From Octopus bimaculoides (taxonomy: Eukaryota): a stretch of DNA of 64,000 nucleotides. The notes below the pieces were generated by a model, which did no database searches, was not told where the DNA came from, and worked only from the letters and a program-made list of their open reading frames with translations. Position numbers and translations under genes: made by a program. The DNA lies in NCBI RefSeq assembly GCF_001194135.2, contig NC_068992.1, forward strand, positions 57,090,461-57,154,460, given 5' to 3'. This document shows, piece after piece, positions 1 to 12,065 of the stretch; within the stretch, counting starts at the first letter, position 1; the number at the start of each line of letters is the position of its first letter.

Positions 1-303
1 AAAAGAGGTTCGTTGCAGTTACCACTGGCGTCAATAGTCGAAATGTATAAACTGTGGAAGGTACGAACGATGATGATGCTGAGAGAGTCCAAGGACATAG
101 AAATCAGAAGTAATCCACCAGAGGTAAAAACAGCCAGGATGTGGAAAGCAGAAGCAGAGACTGATGACATCTTGTCTTCTCTTACATTCCGAGATATGGT
201 GGGTGCAACGCAAAATCTTCGGAAGAGACTTGGTTTTGGCGCAAATCAGTTGAAACCGTTTGCAAGTATGATGCAAGAAGTGCATAGAGAAGAAAAAGGG
301 TGA
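1..303 (+). mobile_element. Fragment of RLE-type non-LTR retrotransposon ORF (Hero-like, post-RT region); runs off window start
   Basis: Translation SLQLPLASIVEMYKLWKVRTMMMLRESKD...VKTARMWKAEAE...RDMVGATQNLRKRLGFG resembles the recalled Hero-clade pattern LQLP.SS..EE.K..K.R..MML.DS.D...V.TGRKW.A.....VG..Q..R.GLG. Stops at 303. Confidence 0.6.
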
Positions 304-1580
304 AGTTGAACATGGTTGTAATAATACCATTTTGCTTGTGTGTCTCTTTATTTATTCTTTATTTATTTATTCTTCCCCCGATGCAGCTCCTTGTTTCAGA
401 TCGGTTTTATTACCAAATATGATTAATATATTAATATTTTTACATATATTTAATATCATATTTGTAATATCATATTTTTAATATCATATTTTTTACATAT
501 TTTTAATATCAATGGTAATACCATACGACACTGGAGGCAGACACAGCTGTTAGTTGGGATGCAGTCTATTTACATTGAATTAATAAATAATAATTGTTGT
601 AAGCCAATTATTGTTAATCAGTACTTCTCCATTTTCTGTTTTCTTTAAATTTTGATTCTTGATAAACCCATGTTTATCCTTGTCTTTACCTATAATTTAT
701 GAGCATAATATGCTTGCATATGTATGCCCGTGGTTAAATATAGATAATATCGGTGTAATGGATACTTATATCCCTTATTTTAATCTCTAACTCAACTAAC
801 CTTTAAATTTTATTTAAAATAAGAATTTTTGGCACTAATATGGATTAAATCTTAAAGAGAAGTTAGGTTAAGGGCTTAGAGCTACTTTTCCCTCTTAAGG
901 GTTCATCAGGCTTTTACTTAACCTAAGGTGGAAGGGGCAAGAGAAATCGCATAAATATGTTTTTGCCAACAACCAAGGGAGCCCTTCTGTAGCTCAAGGG
1001 AGAGCTATCCGTCCTGGTTGGGGGAGTGGTGAACTGAAACCCACCAACTAGAGCTCCGAGTGATGGAAGCTTAATGTGTTATGAGTGTGAAGACAGTGCT
1101 GGTCTTCTGCCAAAATTTGAAACCAATATGAATTACTGATCAAACATTATGGTTACTAAAAGTTCCAGGCAATAAGAACATTTGATCAGAACATATCTTT
1201 GTTCGTTCAACTATGCTAATGAATATTTCATTCTTTCATGGAGATACAATGGACCGTTCAGCACCTATTAAAGAGCACAGTTATTAGATGCTGGAGGAGA
1301 TAGAAACATGACAAAAACATGAGGAAAAAACATAATTAAATGTCCCGACATTTTAGCAATGGAACAAAGGGGAAGATAAAAGAAATAGATAAATAACGTG
1401 ACTAAGAAAAGAAATGTATCTTTTAATAATTGCGTGATATTTCGTCTCAATGGAGAGATAACCAATTAGAGGTAAACAGTCTCAGGTCTGAGAAAACAAT
1501 TTTATAATCGAATATTTATTTTCGGTGTGGATTTTTGCATATCTACTCTTTGAAGTCTTTCATGCCTTTGTATAACTATG

Positions 1581-1584
<4 letters not shown>

Positions 1585-1615
<31 letters not shown>

Positions 1616-1676
1616 ATATGNNNNNNNNNNNNNNNNNNNNNNNNNNNNNNNNNNNNNNNNNNNNNNNNNNNNNNNN

Positions 1677-1710
<34 letters not shown>

Positions 1711-1855
1711 CGTGTGTGTGTGTGTGTGTGTGTGTGCGTGTGTGTATATATATATATATATATACATACATATATATATATATAAATATATACTAATATA
1801 TATGTATGAATATGCTTATATATACACACGCAAACATATACACATTAATACATAT
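1585..1855. repeat. Compound (TA)n/(TG)n microsatellite around a 56-N gap
   Basis: Directly visible. Confidence 0.95.
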
Positions 1856-2263
1856 ATAAATTGGTTATAGGATTCAAAAAATCTAGGCGCATCAGCGCAT
1901 AGGACTCCATAAATAATTAGATACAATAAGGTACGGTTCACAGTAAGGTAAAACAACATGGAAGGTCTCAAATGTTGATAGGATACTGTAAATACGGAGG
2001 TGGCAAATGGAATTTAAACTGCAGATCTAACTCTGAGGTTGGTTCTAGATGTAGAACTTATAGATGCATTCACATATTAGATCATAAGAGAGAATACACC
2101 ATCTTCAGGTGAGATTTTAAACAGGTGAGACAATACATCAATCGTGACGAATCCGACCAACATTGATTGTTTGATAAATGGTATTTTGAAAATTTTATAT
2201 ATATATATAATTTATTATAATTTATATATGATATATATATATATATGATTTTCATTCGCTATG

Positions 2264-2376
2264 ATAGATCGCTAGCCACTACACATTCCTTACTTTCTTT
2301 CAGCGTTAAACTAATACATCTGTTTGCTGTCTACACCACCTGTCTTTGCCTTTTGTTTCTTTTGTGAATTCTCCCT
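2264..2376 (+). mobile_element. Interspersed repeat fragment, probably Penelope-like pseudo-LTR
   Basis: atagatcgctagccactacac...agcgttaaactaatacatctg...gaattctccc resembles a recalled octopus PLE terminal repeat. The piece at 60520-60598 would correspond to its missing middle. Recall only. Confidence 0.3.
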
Positions 2377-2914
2377 AGATCTTAAACTATTTATGCCAAA
2401 GTGTAGCTGAGGAGGTATCCTCTTTAAAACTATTGATAGTTTGCAATTTAGTTTAGAACTGAATTAGTGGTGAAGCTTGGAAGCTGCTGCGATTGATGAA
2501 ATGGTCGACTTAAGAATATATTTAACCACTATCGTAGTTGAATAACACACGGATATATATATATATATATATATCTGTAATTACAGATAAATTCCTCTAT
2601 TTATATAACATCGAGGTCTCTTTCATACGCACATGTACATAGTGCTCACACACGCACATCCAAGAATATGGGCATATACATGAAATTCTCTGCGAAGAGT
2701 GCGAACCTGAACTTTTCAAAGAAGATTCAAAAGTTGGATTCATTGATCCTGCAAATTCATTACTTGTGATGGAGACAATGTTGAGCAGTATCTTTCATTT
2801 GTGGAAGAGTCTCTCTCGCACCAAGTTCAATTCGAACGATCTATATCAGATTTGCGTTACTTTCGATATAACTCCCGTATATCAGAAACTTGACTGCCAG
2901 CATGGAAATAGAAT

Positions 2915-3148
2915 AGGCGGCGAGCTGACAGAAACGTTAGCACGCCGGGCGAAATGCTTAGCGGTATTTCGTCTGCAGCTACGTTCTGAGTTCAAATGCC
3001 GCCGAGGTCGACTTTGCCTTTCATCCTTTCGGGGTCTATTAAATAAGTACCAGGTACGCACTGGGGGTCGATGTAATAGACTTAATCCGTTTTTATGTCC
3101 TTGTTTGTCCCCTCTATGTTTAGCCCCCTTGTGGGCAGTAAAGAAATA
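2915..3148 (+). mobile_element. tRNA-derived SINE family A, full length, tail type 1
   Basis: Degenerate A box (TGACAGAAACG) and B box (GAGTTCAAAT). Perfect 16-bp TSD AGCATGGAAATAGAAT at 2899-2914 and 3149-3164. More than 10 related copies in the window. Confidence 0.9.
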
Positions 3149-4084
3149 AGCATGGAAATAGAATCAACATCGCCAAATGTATGAACAAAACTCCGATTCG
3201 AAATAGAGCTATTCGTTAGGAAATTTTTATTGGCTACTAGGCTGTCTGTCTACTAATTAAATTCGTAAAATATGTTCGTATTTTGCCGATTATTGCTTTA
3301 TTTAATGTTTAAAATCTATTGGGAAAGCTATTTAAATATATATAATGGCATGTTGATATTATTTAATTATAGTTGCGGCGTATTTCGATATTTACATAAC
3401 TGAAGTTGTGTAGGAATGATGTTGTTATTATTTTAAGTGAAATTAATTATATATATTAAAACATATTTTGTTTAGCAAGCATTTCCCATAAATTGGATAT
3501 GGGTCAGTGAGTGAGCTTTTGGGTGGTCAATAGACATGTCAGAAATAGCAGCCAAATTTCTTTCATGACATACTTTATCATCTGTCAAAAAAACAAAAAA
3601 AAACAATGATGTTTTAGGTGATATAGTCTTAAATACACTATGACCGAAAAGAAAAGATATAGATCAACTCAAGTTGTGTTAAACCTATGCAATTACAACA
3701 CCGTAAATACGTTCAAGTAATTTAGTTAAAACCGAGGTTAAATATTCCACAATGAAGAATGAGGAATTTCTAGAATTTGTAATGGATGTCTCCTTTCCTT
3801 ATTCCCTTTCATTAGATGCAGAATTACGACCAGGCGCTGTCATCATGGCTGGCGAACAAAGAATAACGAAAAGCCTGTCACTATGAATTAATTGAAGATA
3901 TTATCATTCAGGTAATTATTATAAGATCTATCCAGCCGTCTTCCTGCTGGTCATATGATTTATAGAAGATTTGACCAGCCTGGCTGGGGGAGTTGTTAGA
4001 AATAACGAGCTATACAACGCACTACATAATCACTTATTAGTGAAAAGAAGAATATAGGGAAAACATTTTCTATATTAAGGTGCT

Positions 4085-4325
4085 GATGCAGGCGTGTCTA
4101 ACGCCTTGTGAGAGGATTTGGTGGACAGAAACTTAAAGAAGCCCGTCGTGTATATATGTATATATATATATATATAAACAAATAGTAAATGAGTATATGC
4201 ATATATACGTACAGGTATGTGCATACCGACATCCACCTGTATGTATAGGTGCATATCTGGGTACAGGACATTGCAAATAAAACGTAGACGAGAAAACACA
4301 CAAGCCACATAGAGAACATTCTACT
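4085..4325 (+). mobile_element. SINE family B, partial, with internal microsatellite
   Basis: gccttgtgagaggatttggtggacagaaacttaaagaagcccgtcg matches copies at 9181, 36316, 39030 and 56194. Confidence 0.65.
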
Positions 4326-4329
4326 TCAT

Positions 4330-4530
4330 CAGCTACATTTGATGGATATTTGTCCCAATCTTATTTGTTGTTAAAACCCCTAAACTTCATCAGGTGTCTT
4401 GGGGAAATTTCGAAGGTATTTTTCGATGTTATTATTATTATTATTATTATTGTTGTTACTATTCTTGGAATCGAACTCGGAATCTTGGAGTTAATAACCC
4501 GCGCTCTTAACCACTACGCCATATGCCCGT
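4330..4530 (-). mobile_element. tRNA-like Pol III cassette, (AAT)n and hammerhead half-core downstream of a Penelope ORF end
   Basis: Minus strand: A box TGGCGTAGTGG (4521-4511), B box GTTCGATTCC (4476-4467), (AAT)n, then CTGATGA (4393-4387). Confidence 0.6.
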
Positions 4531-4557
4531 GGACAATTATGGAGTGAATTTTAGGGC

Positions 4558-4775
4558 TTATAAATCCAATATTTTTCTATTCTTCCTTAATACCTGTTCC
4601 CATATGCTATTCATATCTGCACTCAGTCTGCTTAGGAGGTTGTTGTGTCCTAACATATGTGCTGCTTCTTTTAGTTTTCGTATTTTCCAGTGGTGTTCTC
4701 TATCTATTATTTTAACTTCATCCCACAGGGGGAGGTGGTCTCCAATTTTCCATACATGATCACCTATACCCGATA
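4558..4775 (-). mobile_element. Penelope-like element, C-terminal GIY-YIG endonuclease tail (5'-truncated)
   Basis: GIGDHVWKIGDHLPLWDEVKIIDREHHWKIRKLKEAAHMLGHNNLLSRLSADMNSIWEQVL fits the PLE endonuclease C-terminus pattern (H..W....I..E.....R...EA...N...W). Confidence 0.75.
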
Positions 4776-4974
4776 CAGAGGAGACAATATAAGACAATAC
4801 AAACAGGTAGGTAGGTGAAAACGGATGAAAGGACGAAATGGAAACATGAAAGTTGTAATGATAACGCTCGGTCCCACATCCGGGCGCTATCATTTCACTT
4901 TTGATTACTTTTTTTTTTAAATCGGAAACTTTAATATTAGAGTCTGATTTTAAATTATCAGCTCTTATCATGTA

Positions 4975-5919
4975 TGGTATTTCTGTTTTTCCTCCATTTT
5001 TATTTCAACGTGTTTCACTTTGTCCTCGAATTTCTCCAATTTCTTTTTATCACTTCTATTGATTATAGCACATCCCAAATGCGCGAGGATTTCATTCCGA
5101 ACATTTGCCAATGTCATACTTTCCCAGCTTTTGATTCCAGTTCACTCTTGATTCATAAGTTCATAAAAATTATTAATTTTGTTTTTATTTTCTATTTTTA
5201 TTTTATGGGGAGAGAGTTGGGTGTTTTGGGACACCTGTGAGCGCATGTAAGTTTTTACCATGTCGGCCGAGGTAGGGGGAGGACAGGTGGTTGCAGGGGA
5301 AGGGTGTAGCAAAGTGGGCTTGGGTGGGCGCTGGATGGGTGTGGTGTGGAACTCATCACTGTCAGTTTGTCTTCCTTTTTTCTTTTTCTTTTTTCTTTTT
5401 TCCGATCCTTTTTCGTCTCTTACATACTTTGATGTTGTCTCTGTGTTGGTTTCTGGTGGAAGCGGGGGTGCGGCTTCCTTTTTGTTTTTGGAGTTAGCGG
5501 TTGGTGAAGGGCAGTCAACCCTAATGTAACCCTTTTGGCCAGATTGGTAACATCTAGGGACTCTGCCTTCCACTTTCAGCGCTATACCTTCAGCACTACA
5601 TCTACTGTGATGGTTTCAATCATATATTCAATGTCTCCAGGGGTGGCTTGAATCACCCTGGAAATGCGTCTACCAAGGTATGTGGGTAGAATCACTACCT
5701 CCTTCGTCTTCAACGGGGTTACAGAGTGCAGCCTGGCAGTTGCTGCAACTCTGAATTGCACCTCCACCGTGTCGTACTTCCTGCCTCTATTTATATGCAT
5801 TATTTCACCCCATGTGTGCTTTAACGCTTTTTCTATTTAACTTTGCGTCATTATTTCAATTTTGGGGGCTCTCCGCCGAGAGCTTTCGAAACAATTAATT
5901 TCTCCTTTTGAATTAACAT
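4975..5919 (-). pseudogene. Degraded gag-like ORF1 of a non-LTR retrotransposon
   Basis: Frameshifted pieces MLIQKEKLIVSKALG.., EKALKHTWGEIMHINRGRKYDTVEV..LPTYLGRR, eroded zinc knuckle CYQSGQKGYIRVDC, Lys-rich tract. Frame continues past an internal stop to about 4975. Confidence 0.6.
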
Positions 5920-8804
5920 GACATCTTGTCAGTCGACAGTACTTCTGCTAGGTTTTCACAGTTTCTGCCAAATTTCGCAGAAAACGATTTGGCTGACCAG
6001 ACTCTGAAATAGAAGACACCAGACTTATAGGCCAGGCAATGGTTTTAAACCTAAAATCAATAGTTCCGAATCGAACATTTTAACCGTACAGCCATGCGTA
6101 TACCTACCAGTAGCTTGAAATGTCATTTATTAATTTTCAATGGACTCTTATAAGGTGAATATATAACTTGCTAACAAATATACAGTATGAAACTGTGTAA
6201 CATGAATGAACCTAACTAAGTGATCTGAATCGATTGCTGCAAACTGGGAAAATGTTTATTAACTTCGTAAGCTTATTAATGATGACAATGTCAAAAATGT
6301 ACAAAATGTACACTTAAATTTATGTGAAGATATTTAATATACTAAGTAATTAACCTCATGACATTTTCTCTACAAGGTATTTGATATCTTACACACTTAA
6401 TTGAGGCCCGAGTTGCGAGATGTGTGGTTATCGTTTTGAAAACACAGGCAATATGTAACAAAATAAAATCATTTCAAAGAAATATAAAATATGAAAACAA
6501 AAAGCATTATCAGGTCCCTTTTTATACTTTTTTTTCCAAACAAGTGTTGAGGCTATTCTAGCGTAGGGACTAATAAGAAAAAGGGAGCTATAAATTCAAA
6601 AGATGTTGACTGACAGAAGGCTTTAAAAAACTGGATATATTAAACCAGAGGAAACACGACGATGGTAGTGAGTTTCAGTGGGCAGTAGTTTGATGAAAGA
6701 AGTTATGAGAATAAAAGAAGCTCAACTGCGAAACGATGCATCTGAAGAGAGAAGCGGGTGACACGTCAAGAGGTATTGACAGAGGGTAATAGAAGTGACA
6801 ATACATCAGTGCAATGAGCATCGAAATACTTATAAAAATGACACAACACAATGAAGATACATTTCGATGACAAGCCAAAGACTTCATCTTAGTAGTAAGA
6901 AGAGACACCATGTTAACAAGTTGATATTTAATTCGACCAAATAAGATATGACATCTTGAGAATCTAAAGTAGTAGAAATTTTGGAATCGTGAAATGCGTC
7001 TTTACATGAAAAGAATCTTGCAACATCTCTCGGTAATTGATCAGATATCACTACAATATTTGAAAAAATAATATTCTAACCACAAAAGACTAGTACTCGA
7101 TATAAAATTAATAATACTCACTGTATGAGAATATATGGGTGAAGGTAGGAGGAAGAATGGTAAGAGTGGTGGGCAAATACCTTGAGGTACTTGTTACGGT
7201 TTAAATATTGCTGGGGTAAATCTTAACTTTGCTGCAACGATAAAATAAGCACCAGCAAAATACTGGGATAAATACTTTTATCTGAGTTATATATTCTTTT
7301 TTTTTATCCAAGACAACCATTCCACTCAATCACACTGGAAGAATGTGAGTCGTGAAAGCAATATATTAAAACCGCCGATAATTTTCGTAAGACATTTTAC
7401 CTGGGACAAATTCAACAAAACGACAACTGACCACGCATGTAAATGTATTCTTAAGAATGGGCAATAATTGAGAAACTGCAAACATTTATTCATATCAAAT
7501 TATCCAAACACGTAATGTGTTACTCTGGTTGTTTATTGACCAAACAAAAAGCGTAATTAAGTCAGCAAGTTGACTAATGAAATGACGGACAGAGAACAAA
7601 TAGATGTCTACGACAGCAAATACTGTCTTCCACATTTGAAGCCGTAAAAGTCTATAAAACAGAAACATTTATTTCTGGGCAGCAAAATCGCTGACAAACA
7701 TTGATCATATCTTTTAACGAAACACATTTTTTTAACATGTGTGTGGGGGAAGGGGAGGGGATCATTTCATTTACTTTCCAATATACAAGTCTCATTTTTC
7801 TCCTTTGTTTGTATTTGTTATTTTTCTATTATATTTGACTATACTTTCCTACAAAAAGAAACAAAAGTAGAAAACCGATAATGAAATTAATTTTTTTTTG
7901 TTCGAACGCTACTACATAAATAACCCAGAAAAAAAATGTTAAATATTTTTATTTACATTTTTATTTTATTTGTTTATTTTTCTTTTGTATGTGTTAACCC
8001 TCTGGAGACATTTTTTTGTGAAAAGACACTGACTTCAGCTTACAACAGTCACATCTCTGTTAAATTTCATGAGTCATATTACCACCTCTGTGCAAACAAT
8101 TTTTGCCAAATTAAATAAATAAACAAATAAATATATAATTGTCAAAACTTTTACGTCACTGTGTTTACATATTTTTCACATAAGTAATTTTCCTTTTTGT
8201 AGTGCATTGGGTCGATGGTGATAATTTGATTATATTTCGGATCTCCTCCTATTTAGAGATATCATTGTCTGTTTCAGTGCATTGAACTTCTCAGTTAGAC
8301 ATAGCGTTCAGTTATAACAATAAACTGCGAATCATATATTAAGTCAGCTTTTCTTTCCTAACCGTCGCTACGTGACATCGAAACCGGAGTCATGTCTTTG
8401 CGGAGTAAATTTCTTTACTATACAGCCATGCATGAACTCCATAGCTGATAAATTTGTGTAAGATCAATGGTTCTAGACTTCAAGTGAAATTACTTTCATT
8501 GATAAATCAATTACTGCTATCTGTTGTCTTTTTCTTCTGTTGTTACTGTCTAAGGTATCCTCCAGCGAACAGAAATATGATCAAAGCCTTTCCAGCTTTG
8601 ATATCCAGCCGTTTTTATGCTATTCATTATGACATTTCTTTCTTTTAGTAAGATAGACAACTGTTCAGGATTTCTATCTTTGTCACAGCTCAGTTGTTCA
8701 ACTGATTTTGTTGATAAATTTTCAAGTCGGCTCTAATTCAGATAAGTTACAGTCAAAAGTATTCAAACAGTTGGCAGTTGACTGCAATCACCGTTTCTTC
8801 GACG

Positions 8805-8945
8805 AGTTGTCAGAGTCGTTAGCACAACGAGCAAAATGGTTGACGGTCTTTCTTCCCGGATCTGTATGTTCTGATGAAAACACCGCTGACGTTAACTTTG
8901 CTTTTCATCCCTCCGTGGTCGATGATATGATGTACAAGTCAAGTA
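8805..8945 (+). mobile_element. SINE family A, degraded
   Basis: gagttgtcagagtcgttagcac...aactttgcttttcatccctccgtggtcgat aligns by eye to family A. Confidence 0.6.
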
Positions 8946-9180
8946 TTAATAACAATGCTATTGATTTACTCCGCAAATTTGCTGATCTCGTTCACAAATC
9001 ACGAACCATTTTTAAAGTGACTAATATGAGACTATCACATTTTGCTGCTATTTTTAGCAGGTTAACCTATAGCCTGGAGGTACTTTGTTGGTTCGTAGAG
9101 CTCCTGCAAGAGCTTCGAGATGTTGATGTTACTCTTGCTCTTGCTCATTTCCTCTCATGTATACCTATGTATGTGTGTAT

Positions 9181-9545
9181 GGATGTGTGGTAAGACCACA
9201 TTGATCTCGGTTCAGTCCCACTGCATGGCACCTTAGGCAAATGCCTTCTACTGTCGCCTCGGTCCAACCAAAACCTTGAGTAGATTTGGTAGACAGAAAC
9301 TGAAAGAATTCTGTCGTATATATATGTATGTGTGTGCGTGTGTGTTTTTTGACTCTGTGTTTGTCCTCCCATTACCACTTGACAATCGGCGTTGTTTTGT
9401 TTACATCCCCATTACTTAGCGGTTCGGCAAAAGAGACCGATAGAATAAGTACTAGGTTTACAAAGAATAAGTCCTGATGTCGATTTCTTCGACTAACACT
9501 CTTTAAGGCAGTGCTCCAGGAAATGACTAAAACAAGTAAAGGAAT
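9181..9545 (+). mobile_element. tRNA-derived SINE family B
   Basis: ggttcagtcccactgcatggcaccttaggcaa...gaaactgaaag, internal (TG)n, ggttcggcaaaagagaccgatagaataagtac; multi-copy in window. Confidence 0.85.
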
Positions 9546-10215
9546 AAAAATATAAAATAATGTTATATATATATATATNNNNNNNNNNNNNNNNNNNNNN
9601 NNNNNNNNNNNNNNNNNNNNNNNNNNNNNNNNNNNNNNNNNNNNNNNNNNNNNNNNNNNNNNNNNNNNNNNNNNNNNNNNNNNNNNNNNNNNNNNNNNNN
9701 NNNNNNNNNNNNNNNNNNNNNNNNNNNNNNNNNNNNNNNNNNNNNNNNNNNNNNNNNNNNNNNNNNNNNNNNNNNNNNNNNNNNNNNNNNNNNNNNNNNN
9801 NNNNNNNNNNNNNNNNNNNNNNNNNNNNNNNNNNNNNNNNNNNNNNNNNNNNNNNNNNNNNNNNNNNNNNNNNNNNNNNNNNNNNNNNNNNNNNNNNNNN
9901 NNNNNNNNNNNNNNNNNNNNNNNNNNNNNNNNNNNNNNNNNNNNNNNNNNNNNNNNNNNNNNNNNNNNNNNNNNNNNNNNNNNNNNNNNNNNNNNNNNNN
10001 NNNNNNNNNNNNNNNNNNNNNNNNNNNNNNNNNNNNNNNNNNNNNNNNNNNNNNNNNNNNNNNNNNNNNNNNNNNNNNNNNNNNNNNNNNNNNNNNNNNN
10101 NNNNNNNNNNNNNNNNNNNNNNNNNNNNNNNNNNNNNNNNNNNNNNNNNNNNNNNNNNNNNNNNNNNNNNNNNNNNNNNNNNNNNNNNNNNNNNNNNNNN
10201 NNNNNNNNNNNNNNN

Positions 10216-10249
<34 letters not shown>

Positions 10250-10894
10250 TATGTGTATGTGTACATGTGTGCGCGCATGTCTTTGTGTGTCCCTGTGTAT
10301 ACGTACATTAGTGAACTTAAACTCTTAAAACCTAAAAAATAATCTATAAAATGAAGAAACAGTCACATGACTCACTTACGTCACATGATTTAATGACGTA
10401 AATGCATATTCACTAAACAGTTTGTTGGTTTCCAATGGTATGTTGCTTTGGGTCTACAAACCTCTGACATCAAATTCAATGAATTTGTGAATGAGGAAGG
10501 GTATCGATTAAAATTCTTCTCTAGAATTTACAATGCTAGTGCATCCGATGAAGACCATTGTCGTAAAATCGAATTTTGTTCTTTATCTTCCGAACATTAC
10601 CAAAATGAAATCACAGCGAATTTGAGATAATCAAATTAGGTTTACAGAATAGCTGTGCATCATATTATATAATACAAGTTATATTATTTAAATTGAATTT
10701 ATAGTCCGATTGCTTGCTTCAATCACTAACATAATAATAGTGTTATGACACAAAGCGTTTAATAAAATAGCTAAGCCTGCATCGACAAATCTATTTGGGC
10801 GTAAATATATTTTTTATTGTCACAATTTAATTTAAATATATATACATGTGTACGTGTATCTGTATATGTGTATGCATGCATGTATGTATGTATG

Positions 10895-10939
<45 letters not shown>

Positions 10940-11254
10940 NNNNNNNNNNNNNNNNNNNNNNNNNNNNNNNNNNNNNNNNNNNNNNNNNNNNNNNNNNNNN
11001 NNNNNNNNNNNNNNNNNNNNNNNNNNNNNNNNNNNNNNNNNNNNNNNNNNNNNNNNNNNNNNNNNNNNNNNNNNNNNNNNNNNNNNNNNNNNNNNNNNNN
11101 NNNNNNNNNNNNNNNNNNNNNNNNNNNNNNNNNNNNNNNNNNNNNNNNNNNNNNNNNNNNNNNNNNNNNNNNNNNNNNNNNNNNNNNNNNNNNNNNNNNN
11201 NNNNNNNNNNNNNNNNNNNNNNNNNNNNNNNNNNNNNNNNNNNNNNNNNNNNNN

Positions 11255-11292
<38 letters not shown>

Positions 11293-11949
11293 CAGATACT
11301 TTTCTCTCGAGTTACATTTATTGATTTTGATTTTAGTGACAAAATAATATTCTGGAATCATTGAGCCAGTTAAAGTTTGCATTGACTTAGCAAAGGCTTG
11401 AAAAATTTGTTGAAACCTATTTACAAACTGAGTGTGATTTCTATAAATATGCCAATTATTGTGAATATTATAAGGGTCCCGTTAATTATAAAGCTTTGTT
11501 GCAGCGTGGGCATTAAAAATTATACAATAGTTCACTTGACAAGTAAGAACCGTATTCAAGAACGCAATATCGCTCATTATCATTTTGTTAGTGAATCTCT
11601 AAGTAGTCACTCGATTTGCTAGAAATTATTGTCACATATCCTTCAATTCAAACTCTTAAAAATGTGCGAAGAAATGTTGGATAATCTAACCCAATATGTG
11701 GTACACTGACCCAAGGAGAGAAATAACGGAATGGTTATGTATGGAATGCATCCAATCTTAGGTAACCTATATTAAGGTGAACCTATGGCTAAACAACCAC
11801 TAGGTATATAGTGTGACAGAGATGAATGGAAGGTTTGAGGTACGGATTCACGCATCATTTTCAGTTTTATCCAGTTGATTCCATAGATGATATTAAGTGG
11901 GGTATTTAACTTAATACCAAGAACATCTAAAACATCGAAGTAATTACAA

Positions 11950-12065
11950 GACTTTGCCCTTCATACTTTCGTGGTCGATACATTAAGTAGCAGCTGAGCA
12001 CTGGAGTCGAAGTAATCGACTTACCTCATCCCTCGAAGTTGCTGGCTGTGTGCTAAATTTTGAAA
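11950..12065 (+). mobile_element. SINE family A, 3' half
   Basis: ttgcccttcatactttcgtggtcgatacattaagtagcagctgagcactggagtcga. Confidence 0.6.

Noticed and set aside
1000-1013. 14-nt match to recalled miR-281-5p (GAGAGCTATCCGTC)
   Set aside because: No complementary 3p arm downstream; coincidence.
820-1075. Possible 3' end of the Hero-like element at 1-303
   Set aside because: GC-richer, but no convincing RLE motif in any frame.
4460-4530. tRNA gene (also SINE heads at 2915, 34538, 38392, 55943)
   Set aside because: A/B boxes present but no complete acceptor stem or cloverleaf, and they are followed by repeat bodies; these are tRNA-derived heads.
8708-9193. 161-aa ORF
   Set aside because: Runs through a degraded SINE A; no domain or splice support.
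11391-11516. Protein-looking terminal exon QRLEKFVETYLQTECDFYKYANYCEYYKGPVNYKALLQRGH*
   Set aside because: Only 41 codons with a weak acceptor and no recognisable family; expected by chance.
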